Source of the DNA: Strigamia acuminata
Taxonomy: Eukaryota
DNA length: 64,000 nucleotides
Direction of reading: 5' to 3'
Assembly: GCA_949358305.1 (NCBI GenBank)
Contig: OX442314.1
Coordinates: 21,080,001-21,144,000 of the forward strand
The translations under genes were made by a program, and so were the position numbers. The first letter of the stretch is position 1; each line of letters starts with the position of its first letter. Shown here one piece after another: positions 53,301 through 61,716 of the stretch. The notes below the pieces were generated by a model, which was given only the letters and a program-made list of their open reading frames with translations, did not search any database and was not told the DNA's origin.

Positions 53301-56300
53301 TCACTTGACGTTTGAGTTGAGCTAGGCATGACAAAATTGATTAATGCCTTTAATTTATGTATGAGAAAAAAAATAAACAAACTTGTAATAAAAACATGAT
53401 ATTTTCACAGATTCGACAACCCAGCTTCTGTAGCACCAACTCCAGTACGTCACCTCACATATAACTACCTATGCGTTTTGAACGCTTGGTTATTGTGTTT
53501 CCCCTGTGATCTTTGCTGTGATTGGACTATGGGAACAATTCCCCTGGTGGACAACTTTTGGGATCCTCGACTTTTGGCTATTGCAGCCTTTTATCTGTCG
53601 TTGGTCAAGCTCGGACATTTCGCCCTGACGGCACCCATGAGACATGCCCGAGTGGTCATCATCGTAAGTATAAAGTCTTGGGAAGGTGGTGGCGTTGGTG
53701 GAAGGGGGGCCGAGTTATTGTTCCTGGAACAATACCCGGATGTTGAAATGGGAATAAAATGGGGGAGAAAATTCAAATTTGTGCTGTCAACTTGATGCGT
53801 CAATTTACTTGGTACAGTGTGCCTCTCCTCTCCTCTCCGACGGATTATGTGCGCCCTTAAAGTGACTTTAAAAGCACGCCGTACAGCTAGGCAGAATTCA
53901 AGCTGATAAAAGATGGCGTTTGTTATTTGAGATTAAATTAAGTGTACAAGAAAAAGAGGAAATTAATTGAGTTTGAGTTGTATTTCTAAGAAGTAAAAAA
54001 GGGGAGTGAGTATTGAGTTGAGTTCCATGTCGGGGATTTAAGTCGAGTTCTTTTGTGTGATATATTTATCACGAGACTGCAGTTGGTCCACTCTCCATGG
54101 CAACTGTTAAGACGGGATTGTAGGGTGGCTAAAGAGTTCACGCCCCCTTGTGTTCCTAAGTTTCCCAAGAGGATTTTCAATCCTAAAATCAATAATGATT
54201 GATCCGCGCCAAAGTCAACTGTCAATACTTCTCCACTCACTCACAGACTCTGTCTCTTTGATCCAATTTGATGCTCGCAATATTAGATCAGGCTTAGATT
54301 AGGAGTAGGGAGACGACAAAACTGGCAGCAAAATATATGCGTTGCTCGCGTCAACTTTCAGTATCGATTGACATGTTATCGAAAATCATTGTTGAAGCTA
54401 AAAAATTCATAACTTGTATACTCCAACTTTGGAAAAAATACAATGGTGGTGCATGAAAAACATGCTGCTTTTTACATTAAAAAATATTGAAATTTCTAAA
54501 TTCGTAGAAAAATAAAAACGAAAACGACAAACAAACTGTAATGGCATTAAATTGCTTTGGAAAAAACAATAGATGCGTTCAAATTGGTTTTGATAAATCG
54601 TCTTAAATGTTTTAAGTTGAAAACCTTGTTTTCACTTCAGGATGTGGCGGTTTTTACTTCAACCTTTCCTTCAGTTAGTCCATTTATTTTGCTTAACTTT
54701 AAGCAATGAATTGTGTCACTTATTTTTTTAAGTAAAAAGGGGTTTGTTTTAAAACAATCGAAAAATGCAAAATATGGTATGTTTAATGCATTGAATGCAG
54801 CTAATGTTGTTAATGTAGTTGAATTGATTTAGCAAATTAAATTGATATGTATTGATAAACTTTAAGGCAGCAGTCTACTTAATCTACTTATCGTCCCTAA
54901 TATTATTTAGTAATTTAAATTAATTGTGACAAGTTGTAAATTGAGTTGGTACTACTTTGTGGTACCCTTTGATCTGTGCATTGCATCGTGAGTTTGTTAG
55001 AATGAGTCAACTGCCTATTAAACTTGATTTGGACAATTGGATAAAATGTCCAATCACCGTTAATGCCATGAAGTGGTGAGGTGGAATGTGGTGGGAGATG
55101 ATGTTGGGCGCAATTCGAGTGAATTCCGTGTTTGGCTGATACGCCAAATGAAGACAGACTGGTGGCTAGTGAAAATTGGCGAGCGTTCATTTATTGATGG
55201 TCGACTGGTAGAACCCTTGACCCCTGTCCACTCATTCGTGCACCCCCATGAGGAGGAAGAGAGGGTCAAGTGTGGAACCAAATCACAAGTTTCTTCACTT
55301 CTTGATGAAAGCAAGCGCCACTACTTTTTCATTCAATTTTCTTCTTCTTTCGTTTTGATTTTTAACTTTGATAAAAAAGAAATATAAAAATAAAATTTTG
55401 CAAATCCTCATGTGATTTTTCTGATTTTTTATACATTTTCAGAGTTTATCCCTAATGATATTTCCATATTTACCCGCATCCAATTTATTTTTCCCGGTCG
55501 GATTTGTTGTGGCTGAAAGAATCCTTTATGCTCCTAGTATGGGATTTTGCATGTTGGTTGCTCACGGCTTGTGCTGCCTCCAAGAAAGAAGGTAAAAAGT
55601 TATAAAAATTAAACTACGGTATTGCCAATTTGATTTTCTTTTTTAATTTTATTTAATTCGATAACTTAATTAACTTGTCGAATTTTCCAAGTCCTTTGCT
55701 TTAATGCAATATTTATAACATTATCAAACAAATTTATGCATTGGTTCTGGGTTTATTCATTTAGTCTACCGCAACTACATGAAGTGGAGATGTAAAAACG
55801 TGAAAGTATATCATAAAACAGGTGCACGGCGAGTTTTGCAGCGCAATTGAATAGCAACTCATTCAAACCACTCACTTTTCATATCCCTTTGAAGTGCTGG
55901 ACTTGGATGATTTTATTTTAATTTTTTATTTTTTATTTTTTTATATTTCATCTTTTTTCCTTTCATCTTTGAATTCAAAATATAAAACTTTTTCGCAATT
56001 TAAATGCATTTTTTTTTTAAAACATCGTAAATGCATGTATGCCACTTGATGTGTGTTGTTCTTGATGCGCCTAGTCATTCAACGCCATCTATGAGCCGAT
56101 TTTATAAATTGATAATAACATTTTATTCAATTTTATTTTTATTTATTTATTTTATTTTTTTTTATTTCTCATTCACTTTAAACAGTAATTTTAAGAAACT
56201 TGCATCGGCAAGTTTGGTCATTTTGTTACTACTACATGCTGCCAAGACTGTGATAAGGAATTTCGATTGGTAATTATTAAGAGAATAAAATATTTTTCCA

Positions 56301-59300
56301 TAAAGTTTGTAAACAAACATTTTTATTTTTTATTACTAAGGGAGTCCGAATATACCATCTTCATGGCAGGTCTCCGTGTGAATCAACGCAATGCTAAGTT
56401 ATTTAATAACGTAGGACACGCTTTAGAGGGCGAAGGCAAATTCACCGAAGCGTTGGAATATTTTCGCAAAGCTGTGATGTAAGATTCAAACTGATATGAA
56501 TTATAGATCAGTTTTACTCGCATTAAATTTATCACCGTTTCCGTGGAGATGTATAATAACTCCTAAACTCCGACAAATATTAAATTATAGACTGATGAAG
56601 CGGAAGGTTTAAGAATACCTTCCTTAAAACTTTAAAACACGCATTATTATTCCATTTTTAAAACGCTACGTCCCCGACATCAGCACCTGGCTGGTGTTAA
56701 AACTACAAACACGACGTGCACAACTGATCCATTGCGTGCAAACTGCAAATTTCTTTTATGCATTTATTACAGAGTTCAACCGGATGACATAGGAGCGCAT
56801 ATCAACGTGGGAAGGACGTTCAATAACTTGCGACGCTTTAAGCAGGCAGAAGATGCTTACATGAAGGTAAATAGCAAAGATTTTTAAACAATTCTCTTAA
56901 GAAATTTTGTTTAGACGAAAAGTTAGTTGTTCAACAATAGTTTGGCAGTAAATTAATTAAACACTCAAACATTGTTCGAAGGAAGGGGGAAGAAAAAGTG
57001 TACTTTCGGGCCCGTGTTTTTTTCTGCCTTAAATAAAGACGAGATAAATTAAAGACGAAGAAATGGAGGTTGAAAAAGAATAAGTAAGGCAGGGAAACAG
57101 ACATGTGTCATGGGAATTTTTTTCAGTAGTTTCTTTTTCGTTTCGCTCCTATTCACTCATCGACTCTTGAGAGGAGTGTAATGTAATGGGAGAAAAGAAA
57201 AGTGATGAACGTGCAAGTTTGTTATCCTTAGGCTAAAGACTTGCTTCCAAAGCCTCGACCTGGAGAACCCTACCAGACAAGGATTGCTCCAAGCCACCTC
57301 AATGTGTTTCTCAACTTGGCCAATCTTATCGCCAAAAATGAGAGCCGACTTGAAGAAGCAGATTCAGTGAGTTGCTTTGTTTTTTTCCTTTCTTTGTTTC
57401 TGTGTTGTTTTTTTTTTGTTTCTGTTTCAATATTTACATTTGTTTCACTTACTTGGGAGAATGCAGCTTTTGAAAAAACACTTTAGAAATTGGAAATGAC
57501 AGTTGGTAAAATGTTAATACTTTGAAAATCTGAGGAGATCTAATACGACATGAACGTTGCATGCTGCCAATTAAGTTTGCTGTTGCGTTGAATGGATTCA
57601 ATAGTGTGGATAGGTAAATTTAAACTCGTTTGTTTTTCTTTATATTTTCTTCTAGCTGTACAGGCAAGCGATCAGTATGAGAGCGGATTACACGCAAGCC
57701 TACATCAACAGAGGCGATGTTCTTATTAAGTTAAATCGGTATGTTAAAGTCACCGTTTCGCATAAATCACTATTAATATTACCACTTTTTATTAATTTTA
57801 CAACATCAACTCTTGTCAATTATATACTCAAATCCCATAAGGTTGGTGTCAAAAATATAACAAATTTTGTTTGAAAGAGAGAGGAGGGGGATGAGCGTGA
57901 TAATATTTATTGCCGCGGAATTCGTAATACATACAACAAACTAATTTTAGGACAAGCATATGTTTAATTAGTCTATTCAATTTTTCTTTTATTAAATTAC
58001 ATTTTTGGACAATCACCACTTCCAGTTGACTGCCATAAACACATATTTGCTTGTGTCGTACACAGTAGTGTGACAGGCACTCAATCATGTGGCAGCAGGT
58101 GACGCTTGCACTGGTAACGAGTATTGACAAGGGACAGTGATTAATGGGAAGTGTGATATGTAGACATAAGTTGAATGAGCCATCAACCAAACATTGCTTT
58201 GAAATAGGCAACTCACGGAAGGAACATCCTTAAAAAAAGTTGGGAGGGAGGCGGTAGAAGGAAACACAACGAGTTAGGGTTTTTCTTTTGCTCAGCTTGC
58301 ATGCTTCTAAATTTTGATGGATTGCCCATCAGGAAAGGACGCATAAATCTCTATTAGATTGCATTCCTTTTTGAGAATGTTTTTTTTTTCTCTTTTATTT
58401 TAAGGACTAAAGAAGCACAAGAAGTTTATGAAAAGGCTCTTCAGTATGACAATAGTAATCCTGATATTTATTATAACGTAAGTTTTCTTATTATTAACGT
58501 TATGGTTATTGTTATTTTATGCCGTCCTTTATGAAGGATATTATTGTAATTGCAAATCAAAAAATGAACGGAGGTTGATTTGTATTTCTTAGCGTTTTGT
58601 TTCTATGTCCTACTGATCTGTTTTTAAAATCTACAATAAATTTCGCAATTTGTCCTACGAATATCTTGGAAACTCTAAGACATAATTTAAGTATTTTTGG
58701 TGTTTGTGTTTGTATGTTTTTACACGAGTTTTTGAATATATCAAATATGTTTGATTGGATTAGGTATGAGCATTTTTAAGTATTTGTAATTTTACAAATA
58801 AAAAGTCTAATAAGATTAAGCAAAACAAAATTTTAAAATTGAACTTTTCTTATCTCCTTGATTATTTTTTCTTTTTTTGTTTTTGTTTTTTTAGTTGGGA
58901 GTTGTCTTTTTGGAACAAGGAAAAACCCTGGAAGCCTTAGCTTATTTAGACAAGGCTTTGGAATTGGATCCAGAACATGAGGTAATGTATTTACATACAA
59001 TTTGGTTTTAAAATGAGTTTTAAAAACTTGCTAAGAATTCTATAATATTAGAATCACCGCCACTTTTTTTTTTCTTTTTCCCCCTTGACAGCAAGCCTTG
59101 ATGAATTCAGCCATTTTGATCCAAGAGAGCGGAAACCCACAACTACGCAAAGTGGCTTACGAAAGGTAATGATCCAGAAGACTGTGATAAAATGGACCAA
59201 GTAGGAAAAAGGAGGGTGCAGCGAGGAAAATTGCCCTCTTGCAAGCCCACAACTTGCATTTTTTTTGACTTCATTAGAATGCTGAATCACGAGCACAGCT

Positions 59301-60308
59301 CAAGACTTTGATAGACATTGGAGATTCCTTAACAGATGCATCAGGAAAAATCAATACCCACTGGAATTTCATGCTCTCTTGAATATTATTGGAGATTCAA
59401 GCTAACTTATTTCACCTTTAAATCTTTTTCTTTTTATAAACAAAAAAACAAAAAAAAAACATGTTGAGGAAAAGTTTGTACAAAGTGTGTGATTACAAGT
59501 ATTGCATTTGTGTGACAGGTTGATCAAGCTAATGAAAAAGGATCAACAGAACGAAAGGATTTACTTCAACCTAGGAATGTTGGCAATGGATGATAAAGAT
59601 TATGTCAATGCTGAGAAGTGGTTTAAAATGTCTATTCAGGTCCATAGCGTTGTCAAAGTGTGTGAGAACGATCGCACTAATTGGTATTAATTAATTTTAG
59701 CTCAAACAAGACTTTCGAAGTGCTCTCTTCAATTTGGCGCTCTTGTTATCTGATGCACACCGACCGCTTGAGGCGGCTCCATTTCTTAACCATCTTCTTA
59801 AGGTTTGCAAATTAAACTGTCACCTAATTCAATTCCATCCGGTTTCTTTCTTTCTCTTTGCAGTTTCATCCGGATCATATCAAAGGATTAATTTTGTTGG
59901 GTGATATTTATATCAATAACATTAAAGACCTCAATTCTGCGGAAAAGGTAAACAAAGAAAATTTGAATTTCTTTAGTGCTATACTTTTATGGCTTATTGT
60001 TTATTCGCTTTTTATTCATTCTTTATTCTTTATTCTAGTGTTATCGTAAAATCCTCGAACTCGATCCGCACAATGTCCAAGGCATGCATAATTTATGCGT
60101 CGTGTACGTCGAGCGAGGAGAACTAAAGGAAGCCGAAGCATGTTTGACAGCCGCGCATCAAGTTGCGCCTAATGAAGAATACATTCTAAGACATTTGCGA
60201 ATAGTACGCGCACGCTTACTCCGGCAACAAGCAAAAGACGACGAGGACGTGACGAGTGCGAGTAATCAAACGGCGAATCAGGATAACAGTCAGGAAGAAG
60301 TGACGTGA
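23248..60308 (+). CDS. TMTC3: Protein O-mannosyltransferase TMTC3 (transmembrane and TPR repeat-containing protein 3); 19 coding exons in window, 5'-partial
   Basis: Manually spliced exons give one continuous 785-aa frame with GT-AG junctions and matching phases. Motifs match TMTC3 as I recall it: [122 protein letters not shown]. Confidence 0.95.
26141..26540 (+). repeat. 5' LTR (400 bp)
   Basis: tgtaaaatcc...tctcgaaa; identical by eye to 31866-32265. Confidence 0.96.
26542..26559 (+). promoter_or_regulatory. Primer-binding site complementary to the tRNA-Phe(GAA) 3' end
   Basis: TGGTGCCGAAACCCGGGA, 1 nt after the 5' LTR; reverse complement of the metazoan tRNA-Phe 3' end TCCCGGGTTTCGGCACCA. 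Confidence 0.92.
26628..31841 (+). CDS. BEL/Pao gag-pol polyprotein (1737 aa): gag, 3 zinc knuckles, aspartic protease, reverse transcriptase, RNase H, integrase
   Basis: [12 protein letters not shown] (DUF1759-like gag); [25 protein letters not shown] protease; SDIEKAF and FYVDDLL RT; FCDAS RNase H; HLRALH...[26 protein letters not shown] integrase; no internal stops or frameshifts. Confidence 0.97.
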   Translation: MAEDLNVIKSQRTVARRMTTATITKAKTILAAIPQNELELKKIKANLKAKSAELKALDGKILAALVDDDEIDQEITQCETNYNEKIIDCEVELEEALKKMNALAIAPPLAPITNNYHGTVNAPHETTMRLPKYEAIKFSGDPLEWDDFWGNFEISIDSKPNITNKSKLVYLKSYLDGEAALVLKGLPPTDENYPVAKELLIERYGRSDVILSAHMRALMKMQPVKDILDPVPLQKLYDRCESHVRGLLASKMNTEAIDATACPLILGLVPKQISLDFSRQHPDGKYKAKDLLDMIRAELIHHSKIDSFQDLHRTKDQEKSGKAEKQDTEKTFRKNNDRVPSARVLSTMIANCMFCSKTHERDGCSTTAAERKEYVVKNGRCFKCLKKGHTSKTCSYRITCKICQRNHNPLVCDGARKTVNESLTTHVATCAELSAFVPPPAAALASIFVRVVHQSKEAIVQCLLDPGSQTTFVLSSLAKDLGLQSKGTENLSVLTFGSQVSQSAKRERFELNLCNVDDKNKSLTVTAIETPWITRPIKTELQAGLRAALARNNIVINFEQYTNFDVFCLIGADNIAKILTGRLEKFEEDLVAIETIFGWALMGSSPNVTTLSTMVTRVFNVRLDDRLDDHLKQFWELEAIGIRHESIDESPTDRNTCTKRFRELVTREDGRYVVPLPWLVDASQLNNNFEVAKRRFWHLVRKFKKNPGFYQAYKKIFDDQLKNDIIEEVKVQDPEHSYFMPHRAVVREDRATTKIRIVFDASSKGKNELSLNDCLDSGPNLLPEILKLLVLFRRELVAYISDIEKAFLQLLLRLCDRNFVSFLWVPENWDGLEFLVPRIMRQKRVTFGVSSSPYSLNDTIQMHLDEMENLYPDTVKQIREKFYVDDLLDSMRAENQVLTVFYEARKLMMDAHLPLRKWHSNSPRLREIFAKEIPEDEEIIAAENGQTTVLGLIWNYETDRLQLEIGEWAEKKPESGQGSKRAIVQAVAKIYDPLGFASPFAIVGKLMFQELWSRKIDWDVPLPPDIAKRWCEWYEQVTTLRTISVKRPYSPNLSDNSQQEIHLFCDASPKAYGVVVYVRTETNGTVDVSLCMSKSRVAPLKPLTLPKLELMSALLSSRVAVKLRVLEIKKMHCWTDSSITYFWIQQQQKKTNPFIANRVREIRTNTDVESWRHCPGRVNPADKLTRGMEAVKLVDDNEWWQGPEWLRKGEEHWPQEISAELETQLEEFEENCTSVNATRSAEKMEPIFALENYSSWTRVVRITAWMLRFIRNSRKNQSIVGPLKTEEIEAAETYWFRHAQRSRFAEELDCVQSAVKLNRESPLSQVELIIDEREVLRINSRIRDHIGSKNFIYPVVLDADSPMTKLIIRDCHLRALHGGLGDTLAEFRSRFWTRRARKTIKSYVSKCITCRRVNSKLMTQAIGLLPSDRINRAAPFQIIGVDFAGPLYMRSGEKCYIALFTCAVVRAVHLELVSDLTTEKFILAFKRLISRRGIPSIVYSDNAKTFKRAEKDLALFINGFAGEEFQGFLSHNKIQWKFIVELAPWWGGFWERLVKTVKLSLKKVLGRSSLCFEGLTTVLTEVEAIINSRPITYVTDDPTEQEPLSPSHFLIGTRISSLPDIYNSEHHVDISKRTELVKRWKLRQRFTNLLWRRWSHEYLVELREFRRVRASKEICVNDLVLVQEQGQPRMTWKTAKITKTFDGRDGKIRSCEMMLPGGKTLRRPVQRLCSLEVADDN
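31866..32265 (+). repeat. 3' LTR (400 bp)
   Basis: Direct repeat of 26141-26540, followed by the TATTT TSD. Confidence 0.96.
34795..35283. mobile_element. Foldback/MITE-type non-autonomous DNA transposon with ~200-bp terminal inverted repeats
   Basis: caaggagac...gtctccttg ends; arms ~34795-34995 and ~35082-35283 are reverse complements with scattered mismatches; TAA on both flanks (34792-34794, 35284-35286). Confidence 0.75.
40942..41023 (+). CDS. TMTC3: TMTC3 exon (LCQHFVSE...[11 protein letters not shown])
   Basis: tttcag acceptor, gtaagt donor; 82 nt; conserved AVHPIHTEA. Confidence 0.93.
49159..49258 (+). CDS. TMTC3: TMTC3 exon ([16 protein letters not shown]...RKET)
   Basis: ttttag acceptor, gtatac donor; 100 nt; not in the ORF track. 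Confidence 0.93.
50831..50946 (+). CDS. TMTC3: TMTC3 exon (WGPLLL...[23 protein letters not shown])
   Basis: tttcag acceptor, gtaagt donor; 116 nt. Confidence 0.93.
52379..52554 (+). CDS. TMTC3: TMTC3 exon (MRLQDIL...AQLPVFTR)
   Basis: cacag acceptor, gtaaga donor; 176 nt. Confidence 0.9.
53411..53663 (+). CDS. TMTC3: TMTC3 exon (FDNPASVAP...[10 protein letters not shown]...VVII)
   Basis: cacag acceptor, gtaagt donor; 253 nt; DUF1736-region motifs. Confidence 0.94.
55443..55591 (+). CDS. TMTC3: TMTC3 exon ([29 protein letters not shown]...)
   Basis: tttcag acceptor, gtaaaa donor; 149 nt. Confidence 0.94.
56186..56269 (+). CDS. TMTC3: TMTC3 exon (NFKKLAS...KTVIRNFDW)
   Basis: aacag acceptor, gtaatt donor; 84 nt. 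Confidence 0.9.
56341..56478 (+). CDS. TMTC3: TMTC3 exon (ESEYTIF...[13 protein letters not shown]...), first TPR
   Basis: ctaag acceptor, gtaaga donor; 138 nt. Confidence 0.92.
56773..56866 (+). CDS. TMTC3: TMTC3 exon ([16 protein letters not shown]...AYMK)
   Basis: tacag acceptor, gtaaat donor; 94 nt. Confidence 0.93.
57232..57366 (+). CDS. TMTC3: TMTC3 exon (AKDLLP...RIAPSHLNV...RLEEADS)
   Basis: cttag acceptor, gtgagt donor; 135 nt. Confidence 0.93.
57656..57738 (+). CDS. TMTC3: TMTC3 exon ([20 protein letters not shown]...)
   Basis: tctag acceptor, gtatgt donor; 83 nt. Confidence 0.93.
58405..58477 (+). CDS. TMTC3: TMTC3 exon ([12 protein letters not shown]...DIYYN)
   Basis: ttaag acceptor, gtaagt donor; 73 nt. 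Confidence 0.92.
58895..58981 (+). CDS. TMTC3: TMTC3 exon (LGVVFLEQG...ALELDPEHE)
   Basis: tttag acceptor, gtaatg donor; 87 nt. Confidence 0.92.
59092..59165 (+). CDS. TMTC3: TMTC3 exon ([14 protein letters not shown]...AYER)
   Basis: gacag acceptor, gtaatg donor; 74 nt. Confidence 0.92.
59519..59639 (+). CDS. TMTC3: TMTC3 exon (LIKLMKK...[12 protein letters not shown]...SIQ)
   Basis: gacag acceptor, weak gtccat donor; 121 nt. Confidence 0.9.
59701..59802 (+). CDS. TMTC3: TMTC3 exon ([15 protein letters not shown]...LLK)
   Basis: tttag acceptor, gtttgc donor; 102 nt. Confidence 0.92.
59864..59947 (+). CDS. TMTC3: TMTC3 exon ([15 protein letters not shown]...SAEK)
   Basis: tgcag acceptor, gtaaac donor; 84 nt. 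Confidence 0.93.
60039..60308 (+). CDS. TMTC3: TMTC3 last coding exon ([10 protein letters not shown]...HNLCVVY...QEEVT*)
   Basis: tctag acceptor; TGA stop at 60306-60308; 270 nt. Confidence 0.93.
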   Translation, partial: CYRKILELDPHNVQGMHNLCVVYVERGELKEAEACLTAAHQVAPNEEYILRHLRIVRARLLRQQAKDDEDVTSASNQTANQDNSQEEVT

Positions 60309-60353
60309 CCATTGTTATACGACGGTCACAATAATGTTTCGGACTACGTCATG

Positions 60354-60359
60354 AATAAA
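60354..60359 (+). terminator. Candidate polyadenylation signal of TMTC3
   Basis: AATAAA about 45 nt after the stop codon; motif only. Confidence 0.35.
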
Positions 60360-61189
60360 GCGGAACGTGTTCTTGGGTCGTATTAAGTGACCGTTTCACA
60401 AACAGAAAGAAAGAAAGAAAGAAAGAAGAAACACAATTTTGCAAAATGCAGATTTGGAAATATGCATATCTCGGAGTGAACGAATTTTTTGATACATTAA
60501 TATTTTTATAGATGAGGATAAAGCAAAAATAAGGTTCAGTGCCTTAACCTGTTAGAAAAATTCATAATGTGGTTTGAAAAAGTGATTTGCAATTTTTGTA
60601 TGAAATATTTTTCTAATAGTTTAGAAATTTTGTGTATAAAGAAAAAGAAAAAAAAAATTCGGACATTGTTTTTACATGGTGTGAACGTTTGTTTGAGGTT
60701 TAATTTTAATGTTGATAAAGTAATATGATATAAAATAACCGAAATGACTTAAAATTATTTACGATATAAATTTACGTATCAATTTAAGTGATAAAATACG
60801 ACGCGTGTTCTTTGGCAAAAGCGTTAAACAACTATAACAACACAATAGTTGTATTTTTAAAAATTCCTTGGCGTAACCTAATTACCTACATTTTTCAGTG
60901 TGTTTTTCTTATTTCATTTTGCTTTTTCATTCGCCATCACATTAAAGCAATTTTCAATTTTCAAATGATGTAGGAAGTTTTGAAAAGTTGAAATTCTAAA
61001 CATCAAGTTTTAATTCAGGTGGTCAAGTGTTTAGTCGCATTTAAAGAAAAATAGTACAAAACGACTTGGATAGCTGTGTGGTATCTCTGTGGCTTTGGAC
61101 AAGCGTGTTCACTTCAAATCCATGAGAGAATTTAAATTAAATTTTTTTTAATTTTCTTTAAATTTCTTTAATTTTTTTTTTACACACAA

Positions 61190-61283
61190 TTAGATTGCTC
61201 TGGATTCGAACTCGAACACATGTTCATCATGAAGTCTCAAAATGTTGAACATCTAGCCTCGAAGCCACCGCTTCATGTTATCG
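61190..61283 (-). repeat. tRNA-derived SINE-like fragment
   Basis: Minus-strand B-box GAGTTCGAATCC at 61202-61213 with an A-box-like agcggtgg upstream; a diverged inverted copy at ~61069-61135; no full cloverleaf. Confidence 0.35.
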
Positions 61284-61716
61284 TCTAATTTCCTTACTTG
61301 TACATTAAAATGAGAAAATTACAAGAAAAGAATAACACAAATTAAGACTATAAAATGCCCAACATTTTTTTATTATCCTAAATCCTCCTACCCTAGAAGA
61401 TAGTTTATGGGAATGAACAGTTAGAAATCAAATATCTTTAAAAAAAAAATTTCTTTGCGACTTGAATTACAATGGATTCCAACTACGATAGGGACCATGT
61501 CTACACTAAGAAGTCTCCAATACTGGAAACCTACTGGAGAGCCACCGCTAAATAAAATTAAAATATGTACCAACTCGGTTTTAAATTTTTTGGTTTTGAA
61601 ATTCGAAATAGCAGTTTATTGATAAGTGACACGTTCTTATAGATTTTTCTTGACTGAAATTTAACTCTGAAATAAATGGAACAGTTTACAAAGAACGGAA
61701 CAGGTCAGAATGGCAT

